Source of the DNA: Nemertoderma westbladi
Taxonomy: Eukaryota; Animalia; Xenacoelomorpha
Assembly: GCA_032718475.1 (NCBI GenBank)
Contig: JAUCBJ010008069.1
Coordinates: 1 to 64,000, forward strand
Direction of reading: 5' to 3'
Length of the DNA stretch: 64,000 nt
The notes under the pieces are model-generated. The model did not search any database and had not been told where the DNA came from. It worked only from the letters and a program-made list of their open reading frames with translations. This document shows, piece after piece, positions 61,001 to 64,000 of the stretch. Position 1 is the first letter of the stretch, and each line of letters opens with the position of its first letter. The translations under genes were made by a program, and so were the position numbers.

Positions 61001-63128
61001 GTGCCTGTGAATGAAACCAATCTGTTTGTAACTATGAGTGCCTGTGAATGAAACCAATCTGGTTGTAACTATGAGTGCCTGTGAATGAAACCAATCTGTT
61101 TGTAACTATGAGTGCCTGTGAATGAAACCAATCTGGTTGTAACTATGAGTGCCTGTGAATGAAACCAATCTGTTTGTAACTATGAGTGCCTGTGAATGAA
61201 ACCAATCTGTTTGTAACTATGAGTGCCTGTGAATGAAACCAATCTGTTTGTAACTATGAGTGCCTGTGATTGAAACCAACCTGTTTGTAACTATGAGTGC
61301 CTGTGAATGAAACCAATCTGTTTGTAACTATGAGTGCCTGTGAATGAAACCAACCTGTTTGTAACTATGAGTGCCTGTGAATGAAACCAACCTGTTTGTA
61401 ACTATGAGTGCCTGTGAATGAAACCAATCTGTTTGTAACTATGAGTGCCTGTGAATGAAACCAATCTGTTTGTAACTATGAGTGCCTGTGAATGAAACCA
61501 ATCTGTTTGTAACTATGAGTGACTGTAAATGAAACCAATCTGTTTGTAACTATGAGTGACTGTAAATGAAACCAATCTGTTTGTAACTATGAGTGCCTGT
61601 GAATGAAACCAACCTGTTTGTAACTATGAGTGCCTGTGAATGAAACCAATCTGTTTGTAACTATGAGTGCCTGTGAATGAAACCAATCTGTTTGTAACTA
61701 TGAGTGACTGTAAATGAAACCAATCTGTTTGTAACTATGAGTGACTGTAAATGAAACCAATCTGTTTGTAACTATGAGTGCCTGTGAATGAAACCAACCT
61801 GTTTGTAACTATGAGTGCCTGTGAATGAAACCAATCTGTTTGTAACTATGAGTGACTGTAAATGAAACCAATCTGTTTGTAACTATGAGTGCCTGTGAAT
61901 GAAACCAACCTGTTTGTAACTATGAGTGCCTGTGAATGAAACCAATCTGTTTGTAACTATGAGTGACTGTAAATGAAACCAATCTGTTTGTAACTATGAG
62001 TGCCTGTGAATGAAACCAATATGTTTGTAACTATGAGTGACTGTAAATGAAACCAATCTGTTTGTAACTATGAGTGCCTGTGAATGAAACCAATCTGTTT
62101 GTAACTATGAGTGCCTGTGAATGAAACCAATCTGTTTGTAACTATGAGTGACTGTAAATGAAACCAATCTGTTTGTAACTATGAGTGCCTGTGAATGAAA
62201 CCAACCTGTTTGTAACTATGAGTGCCTGTGAATGAAACCAATCTGTTTGTAACTATGAGTGACTGTAAATGAAACCAATCTGTTTGTAACTATGAGTGCC
62301 TGTGAATGAAACCAACCTGTTTGTAACTATGAGTGCCTGTGATTGAAACCAACCTGTTTGTAACTATGAGTGCCTGTGAATGAAACCAATCTGTTTGTAA
62401 CTATGAGTGCCTGTGATTGAAACCAACCTGTTTGTAACTATGAGTGCCTGTGAATGAAACCAATCTGTTTGTAACTATGAGTGCCTGTGAATGAAACCAA
62501 TCTGTTTGTAACTATGAGTGCCTGTGAATGAAACCAATCTGTTTGTAACTATGAGTGCCTGTGAATGAAACCAATCTGTTTGTAACTATGAGTGACTGTA
62601 AATGAAACCAATCTGTTTGTAACTATGAGTGCCTGTGAATGAAACCAACCTGTTTGTAACTATGAGTGCCTGTGAATGAAACCAACCTGTTTGTAACTAT
62701 GAGTGCCTGTGAATGAAACCAATCTGTTTGTAACTATGAGTGCCTGTGAATGAAACCAATCTGTTTGTAACTATGAGTGCCTGTGAATGAAACCAACCTG
62801 TTTGTAACTATGAGTGCCTGTGAATGAAACCAACCTGGTTGTAACGGACGGCAGTCACCCTCCTCGAAACATAATTTCGCTTCGCTATAAATAGTTTCCA
62901 TATCCGAAACAATCCGCTGCAAGTCAAATCGAAAAAGTTTATTAAAAATCAATGAGTTTCATTCCAACTAACTATAATAATATAATTTTCAAGGTACTTA
63001 CATTTTGTTCTACAATGTTTATGTTACAATGTTTTCATATATGTGAACTGAATAGCAACAGTTATATTATTATTGAGTTTTCTTTACCTGAAATTCATCA
63101 TAGTCTGAAGATGTGAGATACGCCGGAC
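33949..63128 (-). CDS. ACE: Angiotensin-converting enzyme (peptidase M2), 10 coding exons in window, 5' end outside
   Basis: All exons are bounded by AG/GT with consistent phases. Motifs [62 protein letters not shown] points to ACE rather than ACE2 type. Confidence 0.95.
34189..34376 (-). CDS. ACE: ACE exon ([11 protein letters not shown]...WKPPG)
   Basis: GCAG acceptor, GTAAGT donor; YFKPLHDWL motif. Confidence 0.9.
34571..34696 (-). CDS. ACE: ACE exon ([16 protein letters not shown]...PLYKCDI)
   Basis: TGCAG acceptor, GTATGT donor, phase 2-2; not in the ORF track. Confidence 0.92.
34739..36190. repeat. 23-bp minisatellite GGTAGCAGTGGGAGAGGAAAAC(T/C), ~63 copies
   Basis: Direct reading; lies ~45 bp upstream of the acceptor of the 34571-34696 exon on the ACE sense strand. 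Confidence 0.97.
36205..36670. repeat. 53-bp tandem repeat, ~9 copies (left arm)
   Basis: aaaacacggattttcgttaattaccaagttttgttggatccggaatggagtgt. Confidence 0.95.
36775..37389 (-). pseudogene. SWIM zinc-finger (MULE transposase C-terminal) fragment
   Basis: [35 protein letters not shown] resembles SWIM CxCxnCxH with the first Cys lost, followed by a basic RKRKPGR stretch. No DDE core is visible. Confidence 0.6.
37987..39830. repeat. 53-bp tandem repeat, ~35 copies, inverted relative to the left arm
   Basis: taattaacgaaaatccgtgttttacactccattccggatccaa(c/t)aaaacttgg. Confidence 0.97.
40003..40246 (-). CDS. ACE: ACE exon ([17 protein letters not shown]...VPYIR)
   Basis: TTTCAG acceptor, GTTAAT donor. 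Confidence 0.93.
40370..40739 (-). CDS. ACE: ACE catalytic exon (VAEEFF...HHELGH...GFHEAVGD...DNQ)
   Basis: TTTTAG acceptor, GTTACA donor; HEXXH and EXXXD zinc ligands intact. Confidence 0.95.
40997..41550 (+). repeat. 5' LTR (554 bp)
   Basis: TG...CA termini; CCAAT, TATA-like CATATATTA (~41287) and Inr-like TCAGT (~41316). Confidence 0.92.
41594..45494 (+). pseudogene. Disrupted gag-like ORF (~1300 codons)
   Basis: ATG at 41594, an early TGA, then frameshifts at G-runs (~41805, ~43606, ~44627). Coiled-coil and Asn-rich regions, 60-bp and 120-bp internal repeats, then CQLH..GTH...SC...[15 protein letters not shown] (BEL-type knuckles) at ~44952-45095. Confidence 0.7.
45515..47240 (+). repeat. 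Purine-rich complex repeat region: AGTTAG-type units, short hairpin units and a 69-bp tandem repeat (x4, ~46330-46600)
   Basis: GGTAC-GTA-GTACC ~18 times; GGCAC-ATAGG-GTGCC 5 times (46734-46930). Confidence 0.88.
47647..48196 (+). repeat. 3' LTR (550 bp)
   Basis: Matches the 5' LTR at both ends and diverges in the middle. Confidence 0.92.
48381..48502 (-). CDS. ACE: ACE exon ([19 protein letters not shown]...TKMFK)
   Basis: TTTTAG acceptor, GTAGGA donor; not in the ORF track. Confidence 0.93.
48607..49057. repeat. 44-bp exon-junction-derived minisatellite, distal part (~10 copies)
   Basis: tgtgctggtattgttacctacagagatggacccactttagaaaa. Confidence 0.95.
49054..52389 (+). pseudogene. LTR-less internal BEL/Pao pol fragment (partial protease region, RT, RNase H, integrase)
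   Basis: TPLGWTL; [40 protein letters not shown]; MFSDAS..AYGA, PKLEL, YWTDS; H..HGG...CQTC; [20 protein letters not shown]. Frameshift at ~51057, stop at 51828-51830, truncated in the integrase core. Confidence 0.93.
52386..52961. repeat. 43/44-bp exon-junction-derived minisatellite, proximal part (~13 copies)
   Basis: tgtgctggtattgttacctacacaaatcaacccacctagtaaa; the last copy overlaps the ACE exon end at 52941-52961. Confidence 0.95.
52941..53132 (-). CDS. ACE: ACE exon (GKKDMSEVW...PIPAHLL)
   Basis: TGTAG acceptor, GTGGGT donor; LHAYVRRKL motif. Confidence 0.93.
54853..54996 (-). CDS. ACE: ACE exon ([13 protein letters not shown]...NKAAKIA)
   Basis: ATTAG acceptor, GTTGGT donor; WKGWRD motif. 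Confidence 0.92.
55046..62845. repeat. 37-bp exon-junction-derived tandem array, ~210 copies (7.8 kb)
   Basis: gaatgaaaccaa(t/c)ctgtttgtaactatgagtgcctgt; the last copy overlaps the ACE exon end at 62835-62845. Confidence 0.98.
62835..62916 (-). CDS. ACE: ACE exon ([16 protein letters not shown]...PLQP)
   Basis: TGCAG acceptor, GTTGGT donor; resembles ACE DMETTYS..VC..C..LEP. Confidence 0.9.
63088..63128 (-). CDS. ACE: ACE 41-nt exon ([14 protein letters not shown])
   Basis: CTTTTCAG acceptor, GTAAAG donor; phase 0 joins the next exon; position matches the ACE 'G.AAL...' segment. Confidence 0.75.
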
Positions 63129-64000
63129 CTGAAAAGGTTAGTTACAAAAATTAAATAATAAAGAAAGGGAGGCCTGAACCCAAACGTCCAAGAGGAATAA
63201 TCTACCACTTCAATACAAAACAATAAGTAAAGTTTTCATCTGCTGTTAGGGTCTGGTATTATTTATTACGCCCGAAGTCTTTATTTACAGTGCGGAGTGC
63301 GGCCGGCCCCCAAGAACTATACTCCTCATAGGAAATGGCTGTCGCTACCATTTAAATTAATGGTTGGAAAGGCTCACTTTGAGAAGCTTCTGAGTGACAG
63401 TGAAAGGGTATTGGATGTCAACTTTGAGGTACATCGTGTATCTGAGTCGGTGCATTTGTGCATTGCATTGGTGACATCTCTTTTGCTGAAATAAAGTAGA
63501 GGTACCAATCTTGCCAGTAGTGGAGTGGATGGCGTGCCCTGAGGTCTTAAAAATTCCTTAGTGTTTGGAACTCATTCTTCCAATTATTGTGGATATGTAT
63601 CGGACTAATATATTCACAATGGATTGAACCACCAACGCCAAGGTGGTACCTTTGTTTACTGGAATACGATATTATTATTTTCCAGATTAATCCTAGACTA
63701 TTTCGTGCCCAACAACTATTTACTTCAAGTCTAAAAAAATATCACTTTATATTACTACATTGCAGTATGAGGAGTTTTCAATTCCAGCGCCAGATGGGGG
63801 TTGTAATGGAGGTGATTACTTTATTCTAATACATAAATAATAAATTAAGGATTTATTTTAACTTTTTAAAATTGAATGTTAAGCATTAAATTAACTGTAC
63901 AACTAAATTGATTGTGTATTCTTAATATTGTAATTTTATTGTATTTATTAATTAAATTAATTGTATTACTTTGGTACCATATTTGCTATAAGATAAGTTA

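Noticed and set aside
55046-62845. CRISPR array (37-bp repeats)
   Set aside because: Units are head-to-tail with no unique spacers, there are no cas genes, and the unit derives from a eukaryotic exon/intron junction.
52941-62916. Recent intron gain by tandem duplication of AGGT sites
   Set aside because: Both introns have unique 3' ends with their own acceptors, and their positions (..LxP|DL.., ..HLLG|NMW) appear from memory to match vertebrate ACE introns, so expansion of old introns is more likely. An intron-position alignment should confirm this.
63130-64000. Further ACE exons or a gene in the short ORFs at 63297 and 63587
   Set aside because: No ACE-like or other recognisable peptide was found; treated as intron.

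Overview
AT-rich, repeat-rich eukaryotic (invertebrate animal-like) genomic DNA, not prokaryotic. Host genes: four consecutive single-exon CDSs (a ZC2HC1/ZNF474-like C2HC zinc-finger protein, TXNDC15, DGCR6, NT5DC1) and ten coding exons of an angiotensin-converting enzyme (peptidase M2) gene on the minus strand (33949-63128; 5' exons lie beyond the window). Mobile DNA: the 5' part of a BEL/Pao LTR element (gag ORF open to position 1), an intact-looking CRE-clade non-LTR retrotransposon (RT plus restriction-like endonuclease, 11-bp TSD) inside a nest of Helitron/Helentron-like repeats, several MITEs, a solo LTR, a foldback-like Mutator remnant with 53-bp satellite arms, a pol-less BEL element with two LTRs, and an LTR-less BEL pol fragment. 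The most striking pattern is in the ACE introns. Two introns have been inflated by tandem arrays whose unit is the exon-end/5'-splice-site junction itself (37 bp x ~210; 43/44 bp x ~23), and a third carries a 23-bp array that reads as a polypyrimidine tract plus CAG on the sense strand. All calls come from reading the sequence by eye; no searches were run and copy numbers are approximate.
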